DNA of 24,697 bases from a virus (IMGVR_UViG_3300008009_000534:1-24697); one strand, 5' to 3'. Counted from the stretch's first letter, positions 15,460 through 24,688 are shown. Made by a program: numbers and translations. Notes: generated by a model from the sequence alone, not told the origin.

Positions 15460-16560
15460 ATGAACTACGAAGCAGAAGAAGCAATGGCAGAAGCTGATGC
15501 GGAATTACTCGCAGAAGAAGTGGCCACTAAACCAACCAAAGCAGAACAGCGCTGGCAGAACAACCAGGCAAACAAAACACAGGTGCAGCTAATGAGCAGT
15601 AATAACCACGATACCGCGCTAAGCCATGAGCAGCAGAAGGCTGTGATCCAAACCAAAGAAGTGGTTGCGCAAATGGAAGAAGTCATGCGCGAAATCGGCC
15701 AGATTGAAGCGTTCGATTTTATCAATAAACTGACAACCGTTAGCAGTTTGAAGATCCTGCAAAAAATCAAGGAAACTAAGAGTTTCAAGGGTTTAACCTA
15801 CAACGATCAAAATGGGGATCTGCTAACCGTTAGCAGTTGGGATGAATTCTGCACCCATAAGCTTCATACCCCAAGGGTCACAATTGACAACCGCCTTATA
15901 AACCTTAATCAGCTTGGCGAAGAATTCTTTGAAGCCAGCCAAAAAATCGGCCTGGGCTACCGTGAGCTGCGCAAGCTGCGCCAGTTACCAGCCGACCAAC
16001 AGCAATTGGTAATTGAAAACGAAGCGGTAGAGTTGGGCGATAAAGACGCGCTGCGCGAGTTGATAGACGATTTAAACGCCAAACACCTGCAGGAACTAAA
16101 AGCAGCCAAAGGCGAAAAAGCCGAGCTGGAACAACAGTTAAAAATAGCCCGCCAAATGCGCGACGAAGCCCAAAGCGAGGCCAATAAACATAAAGAGGAA
16201 CTTGCCAACCGTAAGTTTAACCCCGACAGCTGGAAGCGCGATGTAAGCCAAGTGGTTACCGATATTGCCACGCTAGAAGGCACCATTTTGCAGGCCCTGA
16301 ATAAACTGGCCACCTTGCGCAACAAAATTGCAGAAAGCGACACTGACGACGTGTTTGCCAAAGACACCGCCACCTACCACGCTGCCATGGAATATATGTG
16401 CGGTGTTATGTACCACACCAGCCGCTGCCTGGCAGAAGACACCGCGCTGTTTTGGCAAGACAGCGATTTAATGTTTGCTGCCTACACCGACAAAGCCCGC
16501 CCGGCCCTGGCCGTACTGGAGCAACTGGCCGCCGACGCCAGACAAGGTAGCGGGGAGTAA
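15460..16560 (+). CDS. DUF3102-like protein preceding the transposase
   Basis: KE.K.FKGL, WDEFC, NL..LGEEFFE....IGLGYRELRKLR.LP motifs, then a coiled coil. Confidence 0.75.
   Translation: MNYEAEEAMAEADAELLAEEVATKPTKAEQRWQNNQANKTQVQLMSSNNHDTALSHEQQKAVIQTKEVVAQMEEVMREIGQIEAFDFINKLTTVSSLKILQKIKETKSFKGLTYNDQNGDLLTVSSWDEFCTHKLHTPRVTIDNRLINLNQLGEEFFEASQKIGLGYRELRKLRQLPADQQQLVIENEAVELGDKDALRELIDDLNAKHLQELKAAKGEKAELEQQLKIARQMRDEAQSEANKHKEELANRKFNPDSWKRDVSQVVTDIATLEGTILQALNKLATLRNKIAESDTDDVFAKDTATYHAAMEYMCGVMYHTSRCLAEDTALFWQDSDLMFAAYTDKARPALAVLEQLAADARQGSGE
15727..15836. repeat. Two intragenic 17-bp palindromic sites 90 bp apart
   Basis: CTGACAAC-C-GTTAGCAG (15730-15746) and perfect CTGCTAAC-C-GTTAGCAG (15820-15836). 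Confidence 0.7.
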
Positions 16561-16563
16561 GCC

Positions 16564-18342
16564 ATGCTGGAACTAAATGCCGAGGCCGCAAATACAGAGC
16601 TACTGGTTCGTTATGCTCAGCGTTTAGAGCAGGCCAAACATGGTGAAAAAGGCGCTATTTTGGCCGAGGTAGAAAGCTTTTTAGGCTGGAAAACCGATAA
16701 GTTTTACCGCGAGTTGAAAAAAATTGGCTGGAGCAGTGGCAATAAACGCCGCTGTGACGCTGGCAGCACCAGCCTGGCGGATGAGGTTATTGAAAAAGTA
16801 GCGGCGCTGTCTGCTATTGGTAACCGTGCCAATGGCAAACAAATTGCCAAAATACCCACTATTCGCAGTGTGCTCAGCCAAAGTGGCGTTAACTTTAACG
16901 TTAGCAACAGCCAGCTGCGGGCCGTGTTAAAAGACCGCGGCGCTACGGCTAAACAACTGGCAGCACCTACTGCACCAGTAGGGCTGGCCAGCCTCTACCC
17001 TAACCATGTGCACCAGACTGACCCGTCCTTGTGTTTACTGTATTACCCGCCTGGCGGCAAAGGCCAGATGCAGCGTTATCGTAACGACGATGACTTTTAT
17101 AAAAACAAACCGCAGAACTTTGAGAAGCACCCTAACTTACGTGTGTGGCGCTATGTACTAACCGACCATGCCAGCGGCGCTATTCGGTTTAGGTACTTTG
17201 AGGCCGCTGGCGAAAGCACTAAAACCCTGTACGAGTTTTTGCTATGGGCCTGGGGGCTGCACAACGACCCTAACTGCCCCATGCGCGGCCTACCTGAATA
17301 TTTAATGATGGATAAAGGCAGCGCCAATACCAGCACCCCCATTAAGCGCGCGCTGCGCCAATTGGGTGTAGAGGTATTAGACCATGCAGCTAAAAATGCC
17401 CGTGCCAAAGGGCAGGTAGAAAACGCCAATAACCTGGTAGAGCTTTTGTTTGAAAGCCGCCTGCTGCTGGAGCCGGTAACCAGCACGGCAGAACTAAACC
17501 AGCGTGCTGAGGCATTTCAAAACGCTTATAACGCTAACCAACTACCGGAATACGACGCCAAACACCGCCGCCATAAAATGGCTAGGTACGAGTGCTGGCT
17601 AAAAATAAAGCAGCACCAGAACAAACTACGCGAACTGCCACCCATTGAAGTTTGCCAGTGGCTGCTAACTGCTAAGCCGGAAACACGCAAAGTTACCGGC
17701 ATGAAAATTACGGCAGTGCACCCACGCACTAAGCAACGCCATAGCTACGACTTAACCGGTTTAGTAGGCATTTATGACGGCCTTGAGGTGTTAATAACGC
17801 CAATGGTGTTAAGTGAAAACGCTGAGATGTTGGTGTACTGCACCTTTAAAGGTGAGCAGCAAGTACACCAGGTGCAGCCATTAAGCCAAAACGAGTACGG
17901 CTTTTACGAAACTGACGCCGTTATTGCGCAAGAGTACAAACAAAAACCTGACACCCACGTTGATGTGCTGCGCAAGCAAGCGCTGCGCACTGCCTACCCC
18001 AATATGACAGACGAGGAAATTAAAAAAGCCAAGCAGAAAAAAGCGGTGCCCATGAATGGCGAACTTGACGCACTAAGCCACTTAATGCACCTGTACACAC
18101 CAACCTATATGCCAATAGCTGGCGAGCAGGTACAAACTGACTTTACGTCACCCTCTGCAGTTAAAGCGCTAACCGGCATTGCTCTTAAAGCGGCTGTATT
18201 GGCAAAGCTTAACCGTGTACTTACCCCTGAAGAAAGCGCCTGGCTAAATGCAGCAGGAACCATTAACGAAACAGACCTAACCGCAACGTTGGAACGCATG
18301 AGCCGTGAGCTTACTGCACGCCCTGCGCTGCGCGCAGTTTAA
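16564..18342 (+). CDS. Transposase A (DDE integrase-core, B3-type)
   Basis: HVHQTDPS (D), LMMDKGS (D), RAKGQVE (E). Confidence 0.93.
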   Translation: MLELNAEAANTELLVRYAQRLEQAKHGEKGAILAEVESFLGWKTDKFYRELKKIGWSSGNKRRCDAGSTSLADEVIEKVAALSAIGNRANGKQIAKIPTIRSVLSQSGVNFNVSNSQLRAVLKDRGATAKQLAAPTAPVGLASLYPNHVHQTDPSLCLLYYPPGGKGQMQRYRNDDDFYKNKPQNFEKHPNLRVWRYVLTDHASGAIRFRYFEAAGESTKTLYEFLLWAWGLHNDPNCPMRGLPEYLMMDKGSANTSTPIKRALRQLGVEVLDHAAKNARAKGQVENANNLVELLFESRLLLEPVTSTAELNQRAEAFQNAYNANQLPEYDAKHRRHKMARYECWLKIKQHQNKLRELPPIEVCQWLLTAKPETRKVTGMKITAVHPRTKQRHSYDLTGLVGIYDGLEVLITPMVLSENAEMLVYCTFKGEQQVHQVQPLSQNEYGFYETDAVIAQEYKQKPDTHVDVLRKQALRTAYPNMTDEEIKKAKQKKAVPMNGELDALSHLMHLYTPTYMPIAGEQVQTDFTSPSAVKALTGIALKAAVLAKLNRVLTPEESAWLNAAGTINETDLTATLERMSRELTARPALRAV

Positions 18343-18354
18343 GGAGGCAAACCA

Positions 18355-19635
18355 ATGGCAAAACCCAACGAGCATAAGCAGGTAGTAATAGAGCGTGATT
18401 GGAAAATACGCTTTGGCCGCATGCTCGCTAATAAAGGCTTAAGCCAGGCATGTGTAGTGGCATGGTTGGAAGATCATTGCGGCGTAAAAATTAGCACTGC
18501 AACACTTAACCTGATCATCAAACACAGCCAGTGGCCGAAGAAAAAGCAAGAAGACATACACACGGCTTTACAACGCTTTGCAGTAGAAAACAGCTTAGTT
18601 GCAGCCAGCCAGGCGCATCTGATTTTTTTAGATGACCCCAGCGACAGTGCCATTACGGCAGGTGCCAAGTGGCGCGCACTCTATAAAGCGCGCAGTTACC
18701 AGGCGCAATTTGAAGAAGATCTTAACGGACGTGTGTTAACCCAATTACCGGAGCCAGAAATGCTAACCCAACAAACTAAAAAATTCTTCGGGCTGTTTAA
18801 CGACCCATTTGAAAACGAAATTTACAGCATGGATCAGGTGTATATGAGCCAAAGCCACTTGTATGCGGTGGAGCACATGATCCAGGCCGCACGCATGGGC
18901 AGCATGCTGTGTATTTATGCCGACTGTGGCGCGGGTAAAACCACCGTGCGCCGGGTATTTAACGAACGTATTAACCGTGACCACCCAGAAGTACGCATTA
19001 TAGAGCCTGCCCGGATAGACCGCAGTGAAATTGGTGCCAACACCATTTCTGAAGCCATTATGCGTGAGCTACAAATTACCAAACGGCCTAAAAGCTCGGA
19101 AGACCGCGATGCCATTATTCGCAACGTGCTGACACAAAGCTACAAAGCCGGTAACCGCCATGTTTTAGTGGTAGACGAAGCCCACGATTTACCCGACGAA
19201 GTAATAAAGCAGCTAAAGCGTATTTGGGAACTGGCCGACGGTTTTACCAAATTTATTGGCATTATTTTGATTGCTCAAAATGAAATGGAAAAGAAACTTA
19301 AAAACCATTTTATCCGTGAGTTTACCTACCGTGCTACCCAACTGGTTATTGAGCCTTTGGGTAATGAGTTACGCGACTATGTAGCATTAAAGCTTAAGTC
19401 TGTTCATAAGAACCCGGCCGACCTGCTTACCGACGACGCCTACTCCGCAATGCAAACCCTACTTACGGGTACCCGCCGCTTTGGTGCCAACACCGGCAAG
19501 GCCGATGAAATGGTGGATATGAGCTACCCGCTTAACGTGAACACCCTGATGAAAAACGCGCTGAATTTAGCCGCGAGCCTGGGCGAAACAAAAATTAGCG
19601 GCGAGTTAGTTATGCAAATAAGGAGAGGCGCATGA
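18355..19635 (+). CDS. Transposase B / ExeA-like AAA ATPase with N-terminal HTH
   Basis: Walker A ADCGAGKTT, Walker B VLVVDEAH, IILIAQ.E; AAGGAGG RBS. Confidence 0.92.
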   Translation: MAKPNEHKQVVIERDWKIRFGRMLANKGLSQACVVAWLEDHCGVKISTATLNLIIKHSQWPKKKQEDIHTALQRFAVENSLVAASQAHLIFLDDPSDSAITAGAKWRALYKARSYQAQFEEDLNGRVLTQLPEPEMLTQQTKKFFGLFNDPFENEIYSMDQVYMSQSHLYAVEHMIQAARMGSMLCIYADCGAGKTTVRRVFNERINRDHPEVRIIEPARIDRSEIGANTISEAIMRELQITKRPKSSEDRDAIIRNVLTQSYKAGNRHVLVVDEAHDLPDEVIKQLKRIWELADGFTKFIGIILIAQNEMEKKLKNHFIREFTYRATQLVIEPLGNELRDYVALKLKSVHKNPADLLTDDAYSAMQTLLTGTRRFGANTGKADEMVDMSYPLNVNTLMKNALNLAASLGETKISGELVMQIRRGA

Positions 19636-19868
19636 ACCTGCTGAGATTCGCAGATTTACACCCTGCCGTGGTGTGTTTACCCAGCGATAAGTTTGCTTTG
19701 GTGGCCACAGTTGCTGCTGATACGGCCATACAAGTAGCGGAGCTGCCTGATGGTGTATTCCCCAATACAGACGATACCGCAATTATTTGGGATGCATGGC
19801 TATTAAACGGCATGAAACCCTTAACCAAAACCGAAATAACTAACTTACTAACCGAGGTAGCAGCATGA
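19632..19868 (+). CDS. Hypothetical phage protein
   Basis: ATGA coupling at both ends; RBS present. Confidence 0.75.
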   Translation: MNLLRFADLHPAVVCLPSDKFALVATVAADTAIQVAELPDGVFPNTDDTAIIWDAWLLNGMKPLTKTEITNLLTEVAA

Positions 19869-20533
19869 AAACAGAACACGATATTCCGCCAGGCTGGAAA
19901 ATGGACGGCGAAGGCCGGCTGGTGAAAGAGGCCAACATTAGCGAACAACATTTGGAAGAAGATGCGCTTGTTAATCAGTTTATGGCGCAAGCCACTGCCG
20001 TGCATACCGCCATGCAACAGCTTAAAACCGTGCTTACACAAACTTCCGATGCCTTTATAGCCAAGTTGGTAAAGGAATATGGCGTTAAACGGCTGGAAAA
20101 AATTAAAGGTAACGTGGACTTTTTCAGCTTTAACCGGCAATACCGCATTAGCCGCCGTGTGCAAGACACTATTAAGGTCAATGCCCGCATTGAAGCCGCC
20201 CGCCAGCTGTTTGACCAATACATTAACGTGGTAACGCAAGACCTGGCAGACGATGGCGTAAAGGTGCTGATTAACCGCGCCTTTAAACCTGCAAAGACCA
20301 ATGAATTCAGCGTTAGCAAGCTGGTGCAGTTGCTTAACGTTGAAATTAACCACCCGCTGTTTCGCCAGGCTGTAGAGGCGCTGCGAGACGCGTTGGAAAC
20401 CGACACCAGCTGTGTTTATTACAACTTTTACCAGCGTAACCCGCAAGGCGTTTACGAGCTGTTAAGCCTGCGCTTTAGTGATGTGCCTGCGTTGCCGGCA
20501 ATGCCGGTACCAGAACAGGCCAAGGCGGGTTAA
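19865..20533 (+). CDS. DUF3164-family Mu-like protein
   Basis: IPPGW.MDGEGRLV, KGNV.F.SF, L.L.FS motifs. Confidence 0.85.
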   Translation: MKTEHDIPPGWKMDGEGRLVKEANISEQHLEEDALVNQFMAQATAVHTAMQQLKTVLTQTSDAFIAKLVKEYGVKRLEKIKGNVDFFSFNRQYRISRRVQDTIKVNARIEAARQLFDQYINVVTQDLADDGVKVLINRAFKPAKTNEFSVSKLVQLLNVEINHPLFRQAVEALRDALETDTSCVYYNFYQRNPQGVYELLSLRFSDVPALPAMPVPEQAKAG

Positions 20534-20535
20534 CC

Positions 20536-20709
20536 ATGGCATACCAGGTGTTAGTAAACGGCGCTTTGCTGCTGCAAACGCCTGACAACGAGCAAGCAAA
20601 GCAGTGCTACAGCAACTCTGTAGCCCGCTACCCTGCGCACGATGTGAAGTTAGTAGAAGTAACCGTGCTGAGCAACCGCCCTGCACACCAATCCCAAACC
20701 GTCCATTAA
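20536..20709 (+). CDS. 57-aa hypothetical protein (not in ORF track)
   Basis: MAYQVLVNGALLLQTPDNEQAKQCY...HQSQTVH fills the gap exactly; its stop overlaps the HU RBS. Confidence 0.65.
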   Translation: MAYQVLVNGALLLQTPDNEQAKQCYSNSVARYPAHDVKLVEVTVLSNRPAHQSQTVH

Positions 20710-20718
20710 GGAAATAGT

Positions 20719-20991
20719 ATGAATAAAGCAGAGTTAGTTATAGCAGTAGCCGCACAAGCAGACTTACCTAAAGCCCACGCTGAGCGCGCGGTAACTGCAT
20801 TTTTAGACACCGTTAGCACCGAGCTTAAAAACGGCAATACGGTAAACCTTACCGGCTTTGGCCAGTTTAGTACCAAGGTTACCCAGCCACGCACTGGCCG
20901 CAACCCCCAGACAGGCGAAACCATGCAAATTGCCGCCGGCATCAAGCCGGTTTTTAAACCAGGTAAAGCGTTAAAAGACGCTGTTAAGTAA
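20719..20991 (+). CDS. HU-family histone-like DNA-binding protein
   Basis: MNKAEL..., GFGQF, RTGRNPQTGE, P.FKPGK.LKDAV. Confidence 0.95.
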   Translation: MNKAELVIAVAAQADLPKAHAERAVTAFLDTVSTELKNGNTVNLTGFGQFSTKVTQPRTGRNPQTGETMQIAAGIKPVFKPGKALKDAVK

Positions 20992-21033
20992 TCCACAACT
21001 ACGGAGGCGGGGCCATACGGCCCCGACATAACC

Positions 21034-21783
21034 ATGAGTACACCAGAGCAAACCATCTTAGGCATTTTGCAAGACCAGGAAGATCCATTAAATAAAACGG
21101 AGTTAGAAGACCTCACTGGCTTTACACAAACCGAAGTACTTAAAGCCCTGGGCGAACTTAGCAAACACCACAGCATTATTAAAACCATTGCTGGCTACAA
21201 GCTGGCAACTGAAGACGCAGCGCTCACCAATGTTGTAAGGCAAAGCGACGAACTGCGCCAGTTACTTACCTTTTTTACCCGCCATAACAAAGCGTTTTTG
21301 CCCAAAGCACTACGTGAAGAACTGGGTTGGGATAAACGCTACACCACTGAAATGCTGCACAAATGCAAACAAAGTGGCCTTGTGATACCCAAAAACAATG
21401 GAGTGTATTACCTGTCACCAGCTGGCGTGCAGTACGTTATTAAGCACTACCCTGATGTTGAGGTTAAAGCCTTTGTGCTAGATAAAGCCAAAGAGCAGGC
21501 TGCGCAGTTTCAAATTGTGGCGCCGCACGTTAAAGCCGCTAAAGAGCAGCAGAACCAGACCGCAGCACAAGCAAAACTACAGCCACACCCGGCAATTGCT
21601 CAGGCTCGCAGTATTTCGACCATGTTAAAGCTGGCTGAATTACCTACAAACAAACTGCCACAGTTAACTGAGGTACCGGTAAAAATTCAGGTGCTGGACG
21701 AGCTGGCACTGTGTTTTGGTAACGATGTACAGATTCAGCTGCAGCAGTTAAGTGGCTTTTTACGGGAGTATGCCCGTGGATAA
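21034..21783 (+). CDS. Hypothetical protein with two winged-helix-like regions
   Basis: PLNKTELEDLTG...L.EL...I and LREELGW...L......GLV....GVYYLSPAG. Confidence 0.7.
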   Translation: MSTPEQTILGILQDQEDPLNKTELEDLTGFTQTEVLKALGELSKHHSIIKTIAGYKLATEDAALTNVVRQSDELRQLLTFFTRHNKAFLPKALREELGWDKRYTTEMLHKCKQSGLVIPKNNGVYYLSPAGVQYVIKHYPDVEVKAFVLDKAKEQAAQFQIVAPHVKAAKEQQNQTAAQAKLQPHPAIAQARSISTMLKLAELPTNKLPQLTEVPVKIQVLDELALCFGNDVQIQLQQLSGFLREYARG

Positions 21784-22315
21784 GCCAGCTTTTCACAGTA
21801 AAAAACAACTAATCCAGCTGCTGCATGTAGCACGCGCCAAGCTAAATATGGATGAGCACGTATACCGGCAAAACCTGCAAGCCTGGTGCGGTAAAACAAG
21901 TTCTAAAGATATGTCGGTACCAGAGCTGGAAAAGGCAATGGCAGGCATGAAACGGCTGGGGTTTACACCGGTCCCCAAAGCTAAAGACAAATCAGCTAAA
22001 AAACCACTTCAGCAGGATCAGCTTAAAAAGTTGGGCCAGGTGTGGACGCAAATGGCCTCCCAAGGGCTGATAAACAACGCAGGCTATACCGCATTGGAGC
22101 AGTGGTCCATTGAGCAAAGCCGACACTTAAACAATGGTGCCGCCATTCAAAAGTTGGAATGGATGGCGGACATTGCCGGGCCCTTGATTGAGCAACTAAA
22201 GCGCTGGCACCGCCGGTTAATGCTCAAACAACTTGGCGAGCCGCATTCCAAAGCCAGTTATAACGACGTACTGCACTGGTACCAAAAGCAATTTGACTGT
22301 AACGAGGGGGCATAG
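21776..22315 (+). CDS. gemA: GemA (Mu gp16 / DUF1018)-like protein
   Basis: IQLLHVAR.KLNMDE..YR..L....GKTSSKDMS..EL...M.RLGF and IEQLKRW; GTG 21776 has a GGGAG RBS. Confidence 0.85.
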   Translation: MDKPAFHSKKQLIQLLHVARAKLNMDEHVYRQNLQAWCGKTSSKDMSVPELEKAMAGMKRLGFTPVPKAKDKSAKKPLQQDQLKKLGQVWTQMASQGLINNAGYTALEQWSIEQSRHLNNGAAIQKLEWMADIAGPLIEQLKRWHRRLMLKQLGEPHSKASYNDVLHWYQKQFDCNEGA

Positions 22316-22318
22316 ACC

Positions 22319-22681
22319 ATGGCTAAGCCGGACGAAAAGCTAGCAACATTCCTAGCTGATCTTTTTGCTCAAACTGCAATGCTGCTTAAACAAGAGCTAA
22401 AGCTGGCTGACGAACAGGCTGAAGCAATAGGTTACAAACTGGCTGACACTATCCGGCAAACCCATGGCGGCGGCAATATCTACGTTCCTAAAGGGGTTAG
22501 CATGGATAGAGCACTAAAACAGCACGGCATTATTAAAGACTTTCGCGGATCTAATCATGCAGAACTGGCCAAAAAATATGATTGCAGCGATGTCTATGTG
22601 TATCAGGTCATGCGCGCTTATACCCTCGCCACCCGCAAAACACTACAACCAGGACTCTTCTCAGATGATGAAAACAACTAA
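22319..22681 (+). CDS. mor: Mor/C-family transcription activator
   Basis: GGGNIYVPKG, I..DF.GSNH.ELA.KY..S...VY.V, Q..LF. Confidence 0.9.
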   Translation: MAKPDEKLATFLADLFAQTAMLLKQELKLADEQAEAIGYKLADTIRQTHGGGNIYVPKGVSMDRALKQHGIIKDFRGSNHAELAKKYDCSDVYVYQVMRAYTLATRKTLQPGLFSDDENN

Positions 22682-23033
22682 AGCCTATGAGCTACACCGT
22701 TTGTCTGTAGTGAAAAGCATGCTAGCAGAGCAGCTACACCAGGCTGAGACTGAACAAGAACGCGATGCCTTGAAGCTGCAATTAGACCAAGCTAACGAAG
22801 ACCTGCGCAAACTGCATAGCCCCAATGGCGACCCGGTAGTGAGTGAACACGCCATAATACGCTGGTTAGAACGGGTTAAGGGCATAGACCTAAACGAAAT
22901 ACGAGCTGAAATACTCGATGGCCGCAGTGCTCAAATCCGCCAATTAGGTAGTTGTAATTTCAAACTGCCCAACGGCATGAAAATGGTAGTTCGTGGGCAT
23001 GTGGTGGTAACTATTTTAGATAAAACAAACTAA
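22665..23033 (+). CDS. Hypothetical protein: coiled coil plus RelE-like (DUF4258-type) C-terminus
   Basis: AGGA RBS before ATG 22665; VSEHAIIRWLERV...VVVTI. Confidence 0.7.
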   Translation: MMKTTKAYELHRLSVVKSMLAEQLHQAETEQERDALKLQLDQANEDLRKLHSPNGDPVVSEHAIIRWLERVKGIDLNEIRAEILDGRSAQIRQLGSCNFKLPNGMKMVVRGHVVVTILDKTN

Positions 23034-23118
23034 GTATTTTTAAAAGATAATATCTGGATCTACGCTGAAGTAACTGGCATATTCAATTTTGTATATGATT
23101 TTCATACAAGGATGAATC

Positions 23119-23961
23119 ATGCCAGAGCGCGGAATAATAATCGCCCCACCTTTTACAATGAATGGCTCTGTGTGCAGCTTGAACGGATCAATTTCCCCAG
23201 AAAGCTTCCGTCAATACCTGTTGTATTGGGACAAAATTGAGCTTCCGCAGAACAATATCATTAATACTGGCGAAGACGAATTGCCTGAGGTTAAATTTTT
23301 AACTCAAGAAGGAATTCTAACCAGAACGCTCGTAAGTTATAACGGCTTCAGCGGGAACATAGGCAATGTTTTCATACAATCCCAACACACTGTATTAACA
23401 GAACTAAATCAGCAAGCCCCGGGATGTTGGTCAATTGCGCAATCAGCAAAAGAAATATATATCCCAGGACAAACCGAAACCAACAATCGACGCTTAGAAG
23501 TTGAGTTGTATTCAGCACTCCCCGTTCCGGTTCCAGAAGTGCCGTTAGAAGAGATACTGCGTTTCAAAGAAGACAGAAACGCTGAACTTATTGCATTTAG
23601 AGGGACAATGGATGGCGTCTATGAACAAGTACTGTCTTCATCTGACATTCCTCGGGCCAAAATCAAAGCCATAGCAGATTTGGAAAAAAGTTTAAGTGAC
23701 TTAAATAAAGTTTTCACTGAAAAATGGTACGACCGATTTATTTCCACATTGAAGGTTGAAATAAATATTCCCAACCTTGTTGCAGGTGGTTTTCTCGGTA
23801 TGGCTGCTGGCAGCCAGTTTGGTATTGACGCATCTATATCGTCAGCTATTGGTGCTGCTTCAACAGCTTTAAAATTTGATTTAGGATTAGGCCGGCGCGA
23901 AATCCCAAAAAATCTGAGGGAATACGCCTACTTACATAGCATAACGTCGAGATTATCGTAA
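23119..23961 (+). CDS. DUF6236-like accessory protein
   Basis: RQYLLYWDKI..P, LPVP...VPLEEIL.FKE.R..EL..FR; AT-rich; own terminator. Confidence 0.7.
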   Translation: MPERGIIIAPPFTMNGSVCSLNGSISPESFRQYLLYWDKIELPQNNIINTGEDELPEVKFLTQEGILTRTLVSYNGFSGNIGNVFIQSQHTVLTELNQQAPGCWSIAQSAKEIYIPGQTETNNRRLEVELYSALPVPVPEVPLEEILRFKEDRNAELIAFRGTMDGVYEQVLSSSDIPRAKIKAIADLEKSLSDLNKVFTEKWYDRFISTLKVEINIPNLVAGGFLGMAAGSQFGIDASISSAIGAASTALKFDLGLGRREIPKNLREYAYLHSITSRLS

Positions 23962-23967
23962 TAAATG

Positions 23968-23994
23968 AAGCCCAGATTGTCTGGGCTTTATTTT
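23968..23994 (+). terminator. Intrinsic terminator
   Basis: AAGCCCAGA-ttg-TCTGGGCTT followed by TATTTT. Confidence 0.8.
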
Positions 23995-24316
23995 AACGAT
24001 TACACAATGCATATATCGTCACGACACCGACAACGCTGGCGATACCCAGCCCTGTAAGCCCGAGTTCAAAAAACATCGTAATAATTCCACACGAAAACAC
24101 TAAGCCGCAAATTTTATTAAGCATATTTTTCTCCAGTTTTTTATATGCGAAAAAAGTTTACTACGATATGCACTTAGCCAAATTTGGTAGACACTGGTAT
24201 TTTCAGGGGGCTGTGTGAATAGTTAGGATCTGAGAGCATCAGACTGAATTGAGTTTGTTGAAAGATCGTTTACTTCAGGCATCATCATTTTGTGTGTTTA
24301 ATTGAAGGATGAAGAT

Positions 24317-24541
24317 ATGAAGTTAAAAATTGAAATACAACAAGCTAATAAGGGTGAATACCTATTTTCACCATTTGCCACGATATTAGTGGAGTCATCA
24401 AGTATAGATATAGACGGTAATCGTTGTATATCACCACAGTGCAACACTGAGAGAGAATTAGAGTTTTATGTGAAACGGATTAAACAAGAACTGGATACAG
24501 AGCTTAGCAAAATTATTAAACGACAAGTGCTGCCAAAATAG
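24317..24541 (+). CDS. Hypothetical protein (74 aa)
   Basis: AAGGA RBS before ATG 24317; ISPQC.T.RELE..V..I..EL. Confidence 0.6.
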   Translation: MKLKIEIQQANKGEYLFSPFATILVESSSIDIDGNRCISPQCNTERELEFYVKRIKQELDTELSKIIKRQVLPK

Positions 24542-24571
24542 ATTTCACATTCTGAAACTACATTTCAAATG

Positions 24572-24654
24572 CTGGTATACGCTATCCCATGAGGGTATAC
24601 CAGGCTACATAACTTTTCGCAGAACTACCGGTATACTTTTCTTACTCACTAACA
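24572..24654. repeat. Putative prophage terminus with repeated transposase-binding-like motifs
   Basis: GGTATAC three times, ACTTTTC twice 23 bp apart, ending CTAACA (TGTTAG read inward). Confidence 0.45.
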
Positions 24655-24658
24655 GCAT

Positions 24659-24688
24659 AAAAAAACCCCGCTCGATGAGCGGGGCTTC
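24659..24688 (-). terminator. Intrinsic terminator of a leftward (probably host) transcript
   Basis: A7-CCCCGCTC-gat-GAGCGGGG. Confidence 0.75.

Larger units (their letters stand above)
1..24654. mobile_element. B3/BcepMu-like transposable prophage (continues beyond the left edge)
   Basis: DDE transposase plus AAA transposase B, Mor, GemA and DUF3164 on +, diverging from Mu gp25-gp28-like, portal and lysis genes on -; repressor and Ner in the middle. The right boundary is inferred. Confidence 0.93.

Noticed and set aside
15465-19124. Short minus ORFs within the DUF3102-like and transposase genes
   Set aside because: Shadow ORFs with no independent signals.
19610-20446. 278-aa minus-strand ORF
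   Set aside because: Antisense shadow of well-supported coupled + genes (DUF3164 and its neighbour).
23995-24300. Alternative prophage end or RNA gene in this non-coding gap
   Set aside because: No tRNA fold or convincing terminal repeats seen. 24572-24654 is the better end candidate, though this gap cannot be excluded.
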